Below the pieces are notes generated by a model. The model ran no database searches. It was not told the DNA's origin and saw nothing but the letters and a program-made list of their open reading frames with translations. The position numbers and the translations under genes were made by a program. From Narcine bancroftii (taxonomy: Eukaryota), in the NCBI RefSeq assembly GCF_036971445.1, contig NC_091478.1:88474001-88538000 (forward strand): 64,000 nt of DNA, given 5' to 3'. This document shows positions 40,856 to 54,215 of the stretch, piece after piece (position 1 is the stretch's first letter; each line of letters starts with the position of its first letter).

Positions 40856-41247
40856 CCTTCTCCAGAAATTGGAGAGGCCGCACGAAGCCAGGCGCCCCGG
40901 CTGACGTCACCAGGGTCACGGCGTCGCGCCCCGGCTGACGTCACCAGGGTCACGGCGTCGCGCCCCGGCTGACGTCACCAGGGTTACGGCGTCGCGCCCC
41001 GCGACCATCGTCCCTCTTTTCACGTCAACCCACTCCCCTCCCCCTTCTCCAGAGAATGGAGCCCAGGCGTCCCGGCTGACGTCACCACGGTCACGGCGTC
41101 GCGTCCCCCGCGACCATCGTCCCATCCTTTCACGTCAACCCCTTCTCCAGAGGTGGAGAGGCCGCACGAAGCCAGGCGCCCCGGCTGACGTCACCACGGT
41201 CACGGCGTCACGCCCCGCGACCATCGTCCCTCCTTTCACGTCAACCC
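40856..41247. repeat. Nested tandem repeat: three ~100-110-bp units, the first expanded by three copies of a 34-bp subunit
   Basis: GCGCCCCGGCTGACGTCACCAGGGTCACGGCGTC x3 from 40892; long units begin CCTTCTCCAGA at ~40856, 41043 and 41141. Confidence 0.9.
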
Positions 41248-41291
41248 GCCCCCCCTCGAGGACGTCATCAGTCTGCGACCGGGAGGCTGTC

Positions 41292-41316
41292 ATGGCGGCG
41301 AGCTCCGAGATAAGAA
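41292..41316 (+). CDS. POP4: Ribonuclease P/MRP protein subunit p29, exon 1
   Basis: ATG in the CpG island, MAASSEIR plus 1 nt, GTGAGT donor; phase 1 joins exon 2 in frame. Confidence 0.85.
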
Positions 41317-43159
41317 GTGAGTGTGACCTGGTTCTCGGTGTGGAAGTTAAAGTTTGGCGTGAGCTGTCTCTTTATTTATTATAAATAGCTATGGTCGCTG
41401 GATTGAATCTTGTTAAGTGGAAAAAATAAATGGGTTAGAATTGATTCCATGCAAATGCAGCGATTAGAACACACGTCCACGAGGAAAGGATCATTTTAAC
41501 CGGCCACGCTGAATGACCTATCGCAGTTAAGTTTGTTGAAGCAATGAAGGCGTTCACAGCAGAAGACTTTGCATTCTCATCATATGGATCCAATAACCCA
41601 GTTACCAAAGGCAAATTTTGGGAGAAGCGTTGAGGGGTGCTTTTTTTTGGTACTGTAGAGGTAAAAAAGCAACTCAGGTTTATCGTGCTCAAGAAAAGCA
41701 AATATTAATATTTCTCAGCTTACAGTTTTTTCCAGGAGAGATTTTGGTGTTTGAACCTCATTTGTAATATGCTCTGAGAGTGTATGTCCTCAAATACATG
41801 GGTCTCCTGTTGTAATGAACATTTTAATCCTAGAACAAAATTAAGATGAGTATGCAACCAAAACCTTGTGTAAAATGCCAAGAAATCATGCCAGAATAGT
41901 CAAGGAGATGTTTTCTTCCATGAGAATATGAAACAAGTTCAGTTACTTCAAAAGTTCTATTGTGCTACATTTTAACTGAGGTCTTCTAACAAAGCATTGT
42001 AATCATTTTGTTTAAAAGCTCATCTTGACTGAGTTATCCTTTTATGGCCTTTAGGCATATTTTATGCACGACCCATATATGAAATGCAATGTGAATAATT
42101 TCCTTGTTTATAGATGTACATATTTCAAACTTAATTTCCTTTCCATTTATTCCCATTATTTTCCTTCGCAAACATTTTTTCTGATTTGTGATTTTCAAGT
42201 ATTAATTAGTATACCTGCCAAATAGTTTCAATTTTATTAAAAACTAACCTAATTGTCAAGTTATTTTAGAAGAGACATAAATCCTATCTGTGGCCACAAT
42301 GTGTTATACCATTATGATTAGGTCCAACAAGTGTACAACTTTATTTTTTCTTATTGAGCTGTTGTAAATCTGGCTGATCTCTCACATTGTTCAAAACAAA
42401 AATAACTTCTTCAATTTGTAGCTTCGAGATTTGAACAGTAATGCTAGGAAATGTGCTGATGCAGTAGGAACTCAAATCTATTCAGTCACTGATCGGTGTA
42501 GCCAATATTTCAGTCATGACACAATATATGTTTATCTGAAATTAGTTTACGTGATCATTGTATTCAACGAAATGTGAAGTAAGCCAAATAATTTTAGGAT
42601 GATATTTAAATATGTTAAGTTTGTTTTGACAAAGGCGTGTAAAAATTTTGGAGCTATGCTATTTGCCAGACATGTTACATCAGTTTGAAGCCAGACTGAT
42701 GATTGTTTTCCTTCCAACTCCATCTACAAAGGAGATGACAAGTTTTCCCACCAGGATATGTCCCACATCTTTGAAATAAAATAAAAAATCTTACTGATGA
42801 TCTTGGTGAAGCAAAGTTGATCAGAGCTTCTAATATTTTAGCAGAAAATTTCAGGATAGAAGGAATGAAATCTATTTATTGCCAATTCAACATATTTATA
42901 TTGTTCAGATTTTCAAACAGTTTTATAAGGATTTGTAGCATCTGGCTTCAACAGTGCTTCACTTATAGGATTAGGCACTGCATATGCTGTATTGGATATA
43001 CAATACATTCCAACAGTGCAGTGATATTTTGTAATTCATTATTTTATTTGAATTAACTGTGCACTTTAGCATGCTAAAATAGCTAGCTGTCTAATTTGGT
43101 TTTGTTAACTGTTGATCTGTTACATAATTTAACTGAACGTCTGTATGTTGTTGTTAAAG

Positions 43160-43212
43160 GAATTATTTACAGCAGAATTCGCCCTGATGCAGGAGACAAT
43201 TTAGAACTTCAG
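43160..43212 (+). CDS. POP4: Ribonuclease P/MRP protein subunit p29, exon 2
   Basis: AG/GT-bounded 53 nt; RIIYSRIRPDAGDNLELQ aligns to human SVIYHALSQKEANDSDVQ. Confidence 0.85.
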
Positions 43213-44545
43213 GTATGCTGCTTTGTGGTCACTGTCGCCCTCTTGTGGTTTTTATGTTGGCAAGCCTTAAAACAGCATGGTTGGAACATTTTGTTGTGTT
43301 AAAACAGCCTGAAATGTACTGCTTTTGTTTGAGGCACATTCATAGTGTGATGTATGAGTATTATATTTCAAAATTATTTTCAAATGCAATAATATTAATA
43401 TTATTGATGAAGATTTCCAGGCCAAAACATTGGCGATTCTTTTTCTCCCACTGATACTGCTCAACCCACTAAGTTACTACAATAGATTGTTTTTTTTTCT
43501 CTTCAGGTTCCAGTATCTGCAGTTCTGTGTTTCTAATGTTAATATTCTCTTTATTTTCGTATATAATTTCTTATATATAAATAAGATGTTACTAGGGATA
43601 CATACAAATGCACACAGTTACTCCCCGACTTATGGCTGAAACTTGGGCAGAAGGATTGGTCGTATCTTGGAATGGACATATGTCAGAACTCTGCACATTT
43701 GTTAGAAAAAATATATAAAATTTACACAGTTTATGTTATATTTGACAAACTATAACCGGGATATAGGGCATGGAAGAGCCAAAATATGCTCATGTGCAGT
43801 GAGTTCGCCTATTGGAGTTTGCTTGGTGCATGTGCGAGAGTTAAGAGCTCTAACGATATGGAAGATCCAAGATACAAGGTACCTTTTATTGTCATGTAAA
43901 AATACATAAAGGTGTAATATACATGATATACTTCAACTTTTGTCTGCCGAAGTCATGTCATGAGCATCGCCCAGCATCCCTAACGATAAGAGAAAGAGAA
44001 GGAAAAGAGAATCTCCCTTCAGAGACACTGAGTGTCCATGGATTTGCTTCCAGAACACCCACAGCCTCTGCAGTCTCACAGACTCCTTTTCAAACCATTG
44101 GTGACCTGAGCTCTAGATCTAAACCTCTTACATGATCAGAAATCCTTTAGCACCTGAGGCCCTTCGGGAGCCCTTCTTGCCTTCAACACCCTCATAAATG
44201 CTGATTCCGATATCTCCAGTCTCCTGCACCACACAGCCATTGTGAACCCTCAGACTACAAGTTGCCAACAGCCGACATGAATCCTTCAGCCACTGAGCCC
44301 CTCTCTGATCCACTGCCAATGTCATCTTTCTGTTGGATCATATCCTATGCTTCTCAATGAGGGATGTTCTTTCCGCATCAGTCCTGTTTCTCACTTAAAA
44401 ATTTTTTTTTTTTAATTTGCCTATGTGCTTCCTATGTTATAGGGAACAACTTTTGATTGCCTAACTAATGTCTTTTATTTGGGGATTGCAATCCTTTGAA
44501 AAGTTATTTGTAAATTTAACATATTCATGAATTATTTTTTGACAG

Positions 44546-44760
44546 CTTCCTGAAGGCAAAACGTCTGCAAAGTTTGTCACGTCATTTCTGAGATCCAGTG
44601 TACCACAATTGCGCCCTGAAGAAGTTCAGAATTATTTGTATAAAAGTCTTCCTCTTCTTTGTCCCACGACAAAGCTCAAAAAAAAGAAGAAAAGAAAGTG
44701 TCTGTCTGCCAAAGAGAGGAGGGACTTGAGGATATTTGAGCTCAAACCAGAACAACAAAG
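44546..44760 (+). CDS. POP4: Ribonuclease P/MRP protein subunit p29, exon 3
   Basis: 215 nt, LPEGKTSAKFVTSFLRSS..KLKKKKKRKCLSAKERRDLRIFELKPEQQR; includes the basic NLS-like run. Confidence 0.95.
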
Positions 44761-45533
44761 GTGATGTTTGCCTTATTTGTGTGAAGATAAGTCTCCTCCG
44801 TTCTGTTTTTAAAGGAGCAGAAATTGCTGAGGTATCTTGTGTATTTGTTTAAATCTCCAATATTGAATTATGTGCACATTGTCAATCAGGTTATTTAGTT
44901 TCTGAACAGCCTGATTTTTTAATTCAACCTTTATTTCTCATTCACTGATGTGAATATCATAATAAAGCATCTAAATGACACAAGTGCAATACTACTAGCT
45001 AGGGATGGACACTATATCCAAGATTCCTTCATCCTGACTATGTTCCTTGTGTCCACGGACATTAAACTAAAAAAATGATGGTGAACTTCATTTTCTGAAC
45101 TGGTAACTGTAAATCATGAATAACTGAGGGGAAAAAAAGATTAAAAAAAAATAAAAGGTTATTAAATTGAAAATGACAAAGAATACATTGAGAAATCTCT
45201 TACTGATCATATAGCATTGTGTGATCAAACAGCATTTTTGTTTGTTTTTAACATTATTGATGTATTATCCCTGTCATCTTCAGCAAATATTGGGTAAACT
45301 TTCTGCATTAAACATTAATGAGAAAGTACAAAAGTGCAAGTACTTTGTGTTGCAATCATAATATTTGTGATGTGCTGAACATTTTATAATGTAGACCCAA
45401 AACATGTTCGACATTGAAAACTGATCAGACATTTTCTGATATTTCAAAGGGCATTTCAGAGAAATACTCATTTTTTCCCTATCAGTTTTATATGATTTTA
45501 GGGCTACTAATTTGAAATATTACACTTTTTCAG

Positions 45534-45611
45534 GTATGAACTGTTTCTCCCATTGCATGAACTGTGGAAGCAATACATTAGAGATCTATGTAATGGCTTG
45601 AAACCTCAAAT
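45534..45611 (+). CDS. POP4: Ribonuclease P/MRP protein subunit p29, exon 4
   Basis: 78 nt, YELFLPLHELWKQYIRDLCNGLKPQ; GTAAGT donor. Confidence 0.97.
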
Positions 45612-45904
45612 GTAAGTATAGCCATCACATTATAAATGGACACTTCATAACATTGTATGTGGAGACTTTGTAACATTGTATGTGAGCTTCAGATTTCAGA
45701 TGGTCAGAGTACATACATGACATCACATATTACCCTGAGATTCTTTTTCCTGCGGTAAGACAGAATTACCACTTCTTGATAGGGCAAAAAAACTGTACAC
45801 ATGTAAACAAATAAAGAAGTATAATGTGAAGAGCCTATTCATATTCTATTTTCTTTTTGCATGATCAACTGCAGCAAGACTCCAATAACATTCAGAAATA
45901 TTTA

Positions 45905-46110
45905 GGGGCAGCATGGTTGGCTTAGCGATTAGCGCAATGCCTTTACAGTGCCGATGATTGGGACCCGGATTCTTATCCCATGCTGTCTGTGAGGAGACTG
46001 TACATTCTCTCCATGTCTGCATGGGTTTTTCCCAGGAGCTCAGGTTTCCTCCCACCAGTCAAAGCATTCCGGGGGTGCAGGTTAATTGGGTGGCCGAAAT
46101 TACCTTTTAC
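45905..46110 (+). mobile_element. tRNA-derived SINE (V-SINE/HE1-like) in POP4 intron 4
   Basis: GGGGCAGCATGGTTGGCTTAGCG head; core TGTACATTCTCTCCATGTCTGCATGGGTTT..GGTTTCCTCCCAC. Confidence 0.7.
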
Positions 46111-46933
46111 ATGCTGTGTGTCTAAATTTAAATGGACTGATTTGTGGCTGTCGATCCATACAAGTACCAGACTGACTATATCTTTGACGCTCAACGTCAT
46201 TAGTGCTGATGCATTAGGTTTCTTTAAGAGCAGGGTATTTTAGAGGTCATCATTTATTCCTTCCCTATCTGGACTTACCATTACAAATGCCGTGGTTACG
46301 AGCAGATCACAAATTGAGAATCGCTGTTGTGAGCGACTTGCCTCATGACTACTCAATGTCTTGCCACTATCCATACCCATCAAATTTCTTGAGTATATTC
46401 CACACTCTTAATATATGCAGCTGTAATAGTCCTCGAAGTTCAATACAATGCGAACTATTTGATTGGCATTTCATCTGCCATCATAAATATTCACTTTTTT
46501 TTTCTATCTTGTGGCTACATTGTGCATCATTGACATAAATGGCTCACCAAAACAGATCTACCTTAACCCATAATGTCTGCTAATGAGGATAACATGCAGG
46601 TTTCCTTCGCAAAACCCACACCATTATCTTGGAAATATCTTGATTCAGGCCAAATCCTGGAACTTTTATCTTTATTCTTTGGAAAATATGTAAATTCTGG
46701 AAGTGTTCAAAGAAAAATGAGAACTATGTTAAGGAAGTTCTAAATCTTATTTAAAAATTGTTGTTTCTGAAATGCTGAACTTATTGATTTCTAAATAAAG
46801 CATTTTGAGTTAATAAATTGTTTTAAGTAACATTTAGGGTTCCTCCTTAAGCCCTTTTGAATAATGCCTGACTTAGAAAGGATATCAGAGTGCCTGAGTG
46901 ATTCTTATACAGTGGTTTTTAAAACATTTATAG

Positions 46934-46995
46934 GTCTATGAATATGATCCAGACAAAGCTGATGAAGGCAGACTTTCATGGAGCCATCGTGACAG
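46934..46995 (+). CDS. POP4: Ribonuclease P/MRP protein subunit p29, exon 5
   Basis: 62 nt, SMNMIQTKLMKADFHGAIVT (conserved KAD.HGA motif). Confidence 0.97.
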
Positions 46996-47872
46996 GTATA
47001 TAGATTTTTTGGTATTGAGCAAGGTACACAGAACTCTTGCCATGGGAAAAAAAAACTAGATGAAAGTACAGCTGCCTTTTAAAAGAAAGTGTTCAATTCA
47101 TGTTAATGTCAATTTTTTTATTGCCTTCAACAGAGAAAATTAACAGGAGATTTGACAGTATTTAAAATTGGTGTAGTTGGGTGTGGAACTAACTGGATTG
47201 CATTTTGGATGAACATTGCAGACTTGATGTAGTTGAATAGTTTCTTCTGTGCCTTTCAATACCAAATTTCTGTGAGTAATAATGCACTGCAAGTATGGTA
47301 TAAAAGCTGAAAAATTGAAATGCATTACGTTCCATTACTGATGGAAGAGCACTAGGACTTTGTTTCCAACCTGCTTAACTATTTAAATTCCTGCCACACC
47401 AATTACTACAACTTCAGCTAAGCTTGTATCTATGCAGTTTTGATGAAAGATCCTAAATTCACATTTCTATCTGCATAGGTGTTTGGCTAAGTACTAATGT
47501 TTTCTATTTTCACATTTCCATCATCTACAGTTTATTACTTGTGGGTTTTTCTATTTTCTGTTGAATTGGGATCTGCATTTTTAAAGGATTCAATTAAATC
47601 TACATCACATAATTATGAATTGGTTATGTTTTTATGTTGGCCATCAGATGTTTAATGGGCATAATATGTGAAGGGCTAAAATCCTTTTTTGCTTATGATG
47701 TGCCATTAATTATAAATGTCTTAAAGAAACTTCATGTTTCAGAAATATAAAATTAATCTATCCGTTCACCATATGTTGGCAATGATTCGTCAGTATAGAA
47801 CCATAAAGAAATTTTATTTTTACATTGTATTGAGATTTACATTTACAAATTGAATTTCTGTTTTTATTGCAG

Positions 47873-47974
47873 TAGTGAAGTCCAAATGTCCCTCTAATGT
47901 GGGAACAACTGGAATTATTCTGCAGGAAATGAAACATATATTCAAGATTATTACTGTGGAAAATAAGCTTAAAG
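47873..47974 (+). CDS. POP4: Ribonuclease P/MRP protein subunit p29, exon 6
   Basis: 102 nt, VVKSKCPSNVGTTGIILQEMKHIFKIITVENKLK. Confidence 0.97.
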
Positions 47975-48219
47975 GTATTATTTCAAACCCTTGTTAATGA
48001 ATTTCATCTCCCTTTGTAATGAATTTCATATCCTTTAAATAAACAGTTAAATGAATGAAAATTTGGTAATAAATTGAATCAAATCCTTTGTGAAAATGAG
48101 ATCGTTGTGGGTAGAGTTGAGAAACTGCAAAATTTAAAAAAAAGTACCCAGATTCAAGTTACATGCAAGCTTCTAAATAGTAGCCAGGGTGTATGGTGTA
48201 AATTACAACAAGAATTAGA

Positions 48220-49250
48220 TAAAGCATATAAAAATAGTCAAGAATTACTTCAATCTGCAGCTAGACTGGGAAAATCAGGTTGGCACTTGAAGAGAAGGAA
48301 TTTGTGGAATGTTTTCCAGAGCATCAGACAAAAAGCAATTCTAGATTTGGCGCTGTGCTGATTTGGGTGCTTAAAGTAAAAGAACCATTAGGTGGCAGTG
48401 ATCACAACATGAACTGATTTGTGGCTTCTCTCTGTAGTTTGAGAGGAAATAACTGAAATGGGAGGTGTCGTGTCACAGTTGAGTAAAGGGATCTGTGGAG
48501 ACATGAAGAGGAACTGGCCAAAAATGATTGGAAGGGAACCATAAGAGGGAAGAGAGTAGAGTTGCAATGGCAAGAGTTTCTGGGGAAGAGGTTTGGGAGA
48601 ATTGGCAAGGAAGTGGCAGATGGAATACAGTGTTAGGAATTATATGGTCATGCACTTTGGTAGAAGGAATAAAGTAGTAGACAGTTTTCTAAATGGGGAC
48701 AGAAAGCAGAGGTCCAAAGGGACTTGGTGTTCCTTGTGCAGGATTCCCTGAAAGTTAACTTGCAGGTTGGATCACTAGTAAAGAAGGCAAAAGAAATTTT
48801 AGCATTTATTTCAAGAGGACAAGAATGAAAAAAGCAAAGATGTAATACTGAGGTCATACAAGGCATTTGGTTAGAGCACATTTGGAGTATTTTGAGCAGT
48901 TTTTTGTCCCATGTCTAAAGAAGGATATGGTGGTGTTGAAAGGATCCAGGGGAGGTTTACAAGAATGATCCCAGGGATGAGAGGGTTAACATATGTGGGT
49001 TTGATAACTCTTGGCCTGTACTCGCTGGAATTTAGAAGGATGAGTGGAGATCTCATTGAAACATAAATCTTGAAATAGCTAGGTAGAGTAGATGTGGAGA
49101 ATATGTTTTCAGTAGTGGGGGAGTCTAGGATCAGAGGACACTGTCTTGGAATAAAAGAATGTCCCTTTAGAATAAAGCTGAGGAGAAGTTTCTTCAGTCA
49201 GCATGTTGTGGATCTGTGGAATTCATCGCCACGGGCGGATCCAGGAGCCA
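48220..49250 (+). mobile_element. CR1-type LINE fragments in POP4 intron 6
   Basis: VGESRIRGHCLGIK..FFSQHVVDLWNS motif and other CR1 ORF2 pieces. Confidence 0.8.
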
Positions 49251-49904
49251 AGTCCTTATGTATGAATTACAGAAACAGAACCCCTGTGTAATCTGGGGTA
49301 TGCTGTATTGTGAACAGCACACTTGCTTTATAGTGCACTCATTATAGTGTTTTTCTGGCAGTTGCTGAATTTATTATGATGCAACCAAATGTCCAGTCTC
49401 TTGGAGGAGGATGAAATATTAAATATGTCAAAGTCTGGAAATAATCAAAAAGGAAAATGGATAAATCTATTTTTTTGTTTCTGTATTTCATCAGAATAAT
49501 GACAACATTTTTTTGGTATTATCATATACTTAGTTTCATTCCTGTAATAACTAAATTGGAATAGTAGAAATGGTAGTTAATGTTCTTTGTGCAGACTCGA
49601 TGGGCTGAGAGGTCTATTTTGGTGCTTGATATTTGATGTTGGGCTTTGCCAGTTCCTCAAACTGGTGACACAATCATCCCAGATATTGATTCTCTCTGGG
49701 CTGCATGTTATAATTTTTCATCACATTGATTATGCATTAACAATGGCATTAATTACTATTAATGGGATAGAACAATCTTACCAAAAAAAATTACAGAAGT
49801 TGTAAAACATTCAGAACTGAAGCACATTTTAAATTTGACTTCACACACTAATGTTTTTTTTTGCTTTCTTTATCCACCAACCCCCTAACATCCTGCAACA
49901 ACAG

Positions 49905-50041
49905 TTATTCCAAAGCAAAATAACATCTTCAGTGTGGAAATCGATGGCTTTATCTCATATATCTATGGCAACATGTTTCAGTTGAGATCAAGTGAACGTT
50001 CTGTGAAGAAATTTAAAGGGAAAGGAAGCATAGACCTTTAA
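49905..50041 (+). CDS. POP4: Ribonuclease P/MRP protein subunit p29, exon 7 (stop TAA)
   Basis: 137 nt, VIPKQNNIFSVEIDGFISYIYGNMFQLRSSERSVKKFKGKGSIDL*; the spliced CDS totals 672 nt and is open throughout. Confidence 0.97.
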
Positions 50042-50366
50042 ATCAAAGGCAGTGCTAATGCTGTATTTCACCAACCACATCTTGATTCCACTTTGCAAGA
50101 CACAAGAACTTGCACATCTATCTCAACCAGTGTGATCATGTAAACACTGGAATTTTAAAAAATCTACTGAACTATTCTTTCATATTCTTGCATTTGATAA
50201 CTGACCAATGAAAGGATTTCTCACAACATTAGGTAAATACCTTCTTGTTTGCTATTATAAGATCAGAATTTTTTTTACCCATTGTTAATTGTAATGTTTG
50301 TTACAGAAATGCAGCATCAAGGATTAAATTTGTTATTTTGGCAGCTACAATGAACAGTATCTAACA

Positions 50367-50399
50367 AATAAATATGTCCCAGTGCACTTCACAAATAAA
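50367..50399 (+). terminator. Candidate POP4 polyadenylation signals (two AATAAA)
   Basis: AATAAA at 50367 and 50394, the first ones I found after the stop codon. Confidence 0.5.
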
Positions 50400-52299
50400 T
50401 GCACCTTCAACCAGATTAATAGATTAAAGTGGTGTGCTTTAAGGATTGTTTTAAAAAGGAAAAGGAAAGAAGTGCAGGTTGACGATTCCCTTGAGACCTA
50501 TAAATCTGAAGTTAAAACTGCTAATTGTAAAGTGTTAAAATAAGATTGAATAGTGACTGAAACTATGCTCAGGAAGGAATTGAAACTGGAGAGAACAAAG
50601 TCTGAGGAGGAATTTTGACCACTTTAAAACTAAGACAATATATGAAGACACTGAACATCAGGAAAATCAGTAGCAGTGGAGGAGATGGCCTGGTTCATTG
50701 TAGAATGGAGACAACAAAATCTTTTTGATGGGTTGATGCTGGAGAAGTGTGCAGGTTTGAAATTGGCTATTGTCTGTGCAAGTCTGTGAGATGGAAATGT
50801 TAAGAGAGTTTGAGGTTTAGTCTGACATGTAGAATGAGAGTGAGAACTATAAAGTTCAGCCTCAAATGTGACTTGAGGAGATCATGATTCAAGGAAAGAA
50901 GCTCAAAATTTTCCTTTGTTGTTCTGGGAAATACTGTGACTTATTAACCACTTGGATGACACAATTACTCTTGTCCATGAACCAGGCTGTTTCACTTCGA
51001 CCTTTTGCTGCAACAAATCTGTCTTTAGCAATTTTGTTTTTAACTTGTAAATCTTTAAAATATTGAAAATGAAGCACAGGCTCCTTTGTAATAACACAAA
51101 ATGTTGCTAAGTCAGAAAAATCCTGATGTTCATGATTAACTGTAATGTGTGCAAGTGAAGTTGTGGGTAAAACACTAAATTCTGCAGACATGGTATTTGA
51201 ACAATGGTGAGAAATTCAGCAGGTCAAACAATGTACTTTATATAGCAAACATAAAGATACATAGCCAGTGTTTCGGGCTCGATCATCATGGTATTAAAAA
51301 ATATAGGCAGGAGCCCGAACATAATGGTGGGGGAGGAGCCCAGACCCAATTGAAAGGAGGTAATAGGTAGATAAGAGATGCATGGCTGAAATGTTGGTTA
51401 AAGGTGAAAATGTCATTATTGTCACATAACATACATGAAATTCTTTAACTTTTTCTTCCGTAAGGCAGACAGAGAGTCACCACTTTGTTCAGCGCCCCTC
51501 ACAGAAACCTACAGCACCTGGTGTTCCTCGGCAGTTTCCCCTCTAATTACTGACCAGGCATGAGCCTGCTTAGCTTCCAAGATCAGACAATCTCACATAT
51601 CTTTATCTTTGCTATATAAATTACACTGTTTGAACTGCTGAGTTTCTCCAGCATTGTGTTTTTACTTCTGAATAAGAAAGTTGTTCTTCTGAGACTGAAC
51701 CAGTTCTTATGTTTATGATCAGTTGGCTCCTTTGGTATCCCTGTGACAGGGATATCCAAATGAAAGGTAATAAGAGGATGTCATCATTTGATATTTAACA
51801 AGATTAATTTAAGAGCTGGGTAGTTAAATCATTCAAGCTTGCTCATGTGGAATATAATGTATTGAAGTTTTCAGGTAATTATTAGGCAAATAACACCTAG
51901 CCAGGTCATTATATTTAAATACTTCTATTTGGATATCAAAAGACTAAGCGTTTTTTTTTAATTCCATGAAGCCATATCAGTGAATTGTTTGAGAGGACCA
52001 AATGTCACTCTTCCAAATGTCACTAAACCAAACAAGATGGAATATAACTTGGAAAATGCCAATGTTTTGCATTAGGAACACAACAAAAAATTGGTGTATT
52101 AAATGCATTTGTTTGTGGTCATTTTCAAAGGGACTTGGGTGTGATTATCTGTAACTCACTGAAGCCCAACGTGTAGGTCCCAATATGCAGGTGAAACAAG
52201 CAAAATAGAAAGCAACATTGTGTTTGCCTTGTAAATGGAGCCTCGCTGAAAGCTTATGGGTTATATTGCAGCCAGTGGTGAGAGTTTCAATGCAACAGG

Positions 52300-53620
52300 G
52301 ACACAGGATAAAGTTTTGTATTTAAATGCTTGGAGCATAAGGAATAAAGTCGGACAGCTATGGATTGGCATGTATGTAATGGCCATCACGGAGTTATGTC
52401 TAAAGGACAGATGGTGTTGGAAGCTTAATGTCCAAGGCTACACAGTGTATTTAAAAATAAGCAGAGTGGCTCTTTTGTTAAGGAACAACATTAATAATTT
52501 GAGAGTGACATTGGATTAATAGATATAGAATCATTGTGTGTTAAGAAATGGCAAAGTTAAAAAGACACTTGACAATTATGTACAGATCTCCAAACAGTAG
52601 CTGGGACGTGGACAACAAATTACCACAACAAATAGAAAATGTGTTAGAAGGACAATGTTATGGTAGTCATAGGGGATTTTAACATGGAAGTAGATTGGAA
52701 AAACCAGTTTGGGACTGGATCTCAAGAGAGAACTTGTAGAAAGCCTACAAGATGACTTTTTAGAAAAGAATGTCGACGAACCCGCGAGGGGACCAGATTA
52801 TTGGATCGTGTGTGTGTCATGCACCAGGGGTAATTAGCAGTGTTCCCAATATGATTGAGTTCAATTTGAGATTTAACAAGGAGAAACTAAAGTTAGATGT
52901 GTTGATATTTCAGTGGAGTAAAGGCATGAGAGAGGAACTGGCCAATGTAGATTAGAAGGGGACACTAGTAGGGAAGACATCAGAGCAGCAATGGATTACA
53001 ATTCTGCAAGAAATAAGGAAAGTGCAGGATAAATACATACTTAAAAAAGACGAAACATTCTATTAGAAAAATGTCACAATTGTGGCAGACATGAAGCCAA
53101 AGCCAATGAAAATCAAAAGAGAGCATACAAATAAACAAAAATTAGTGGGAAGATAGAGAATTGGAAAGTTTTTAAAAAGCAGAAGGTAACTAAAAATGCA
53201 CAAGGAGAGAAAAGATAAAGTAGGATAGGAGGCTAATAAATAATATCAAAGAGGATACAAAAAGCATCTCAAGTAAAAGAAAGGGGAGAATAGACATAGG
53301 ACAACTAGAATAAGAAATAATAAGAAGAAACAGAATTTATTGTCATACTTTCCTTTCTGTTGCCTCCCTCCACTCACAAATAGTGGGGTGACATGCGATT
53401 TTCTAGTGCTCCAGGACCACAACACTTCCATAATCTCTCCCACTACTTTTTCAGAGCACGAGGGTTCAATCCATTTGGTCCAGGTGACTTATCCACCCTT
53501 AGACCATTCAGCTTTCTGAGCACTTTCTCCCTTCCCAGATACCCTTCAACACCTGGCTGACTGCTAATGCCTTTTACAGTGAAGACAGATGCAAATACTC
53601 ATTTAGTTCCTCTGCCATCT
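52300..53620. mobile_element. CR1-type LINE endonuclease-region fragments (+, then a short - piece)
   Basis: KVLYLNAWSIRNK..MAITE APE motif; similar to 8540-9300. Confidence 0.75.
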
Positions 53621-53629
53621 TCTTGTCTC

Positions 53630-54215
53630 CTCCCATACCACCATATGGGACCACAAACAGTCCTTCCAGATGAAGCAACACTTGTGGATCTGCAGGTGTC
53701 ATCTACTGCATCTGATGCTCTAGTTGTATCCTTCTCTGCATCAGAGAGACTGGGTGCTTTGGGAGTTCTCTTTGCTGAGCTTCTTTGCTCTATCTGCATC
53801 AATGACAGGGATCTCCCAGTAGCCAACAATTTAAATTCTACGCCCCACACTAACATGTCTGTCCATGGCCTCATGCACTGCCAAAGGCCATCTGTAAATT
53901 GGAGGAACAACATATAATCTCCCATTCTCCACCTCTTCCATATCCCTCGGTCTTTCCTCCAGCTCTCCACTACTTCCCTCTCCGTTCACAGAGCTATTCC
54001 CCTTCTGATTTCTGATGTGCCCTCCCTCCCTTATCCACCTATTACCTCCTGCCTGTGGGATGGTGCTCCTCCCCCTGGCCCTTCACTCCCCGTCCCCCGC
54101 CGCCATTTTATTCCGACCTCTGTCTACATTTTGCTCATGCCTTGGTGAAGGGCTCAAGTCCAAACTATTGGTTATGTATCTTTATTTTTGCTATATGAAG
54201 ATCTCTGTTTGACTG
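53630..54215 (+). mobile_element. Penelope-like element 3' fragment (GIY-YIG relic)
   Basis: VIYCI*CSSCILLCIRETG and DLPVANNLNS text, followed by a pyrimidine-rich tail. Confidence 0.75.

Larger units (their letters stand above)
40790..41350 (+). promoter_or_regulatory. CpG island / POP4 promoter with five CRE palindromes
   Basis: The most CpG-dense stretch in the window; TGACGTCA at 40902, 40936, 40970, 41077 and 41186; GGACGTCA at 41260; YY1-like CATGGCGGC over the start codon. Confidence 0.85.

Noticed and set aside
40539-41125. Several repetitive GC-rich ORFs (MTLVTSAGARRRDPG..)
   Set aside because: By-products of the stop-poor 34-bp promoter repeat.
51709-51766. Alternative leader exon MFMISWLLWYPCDRDIQMK with a phase-1 GTAATA donor
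   Set aside because: Poor hydrophobic core and a weaker donor than the 56054-56117 candidate.
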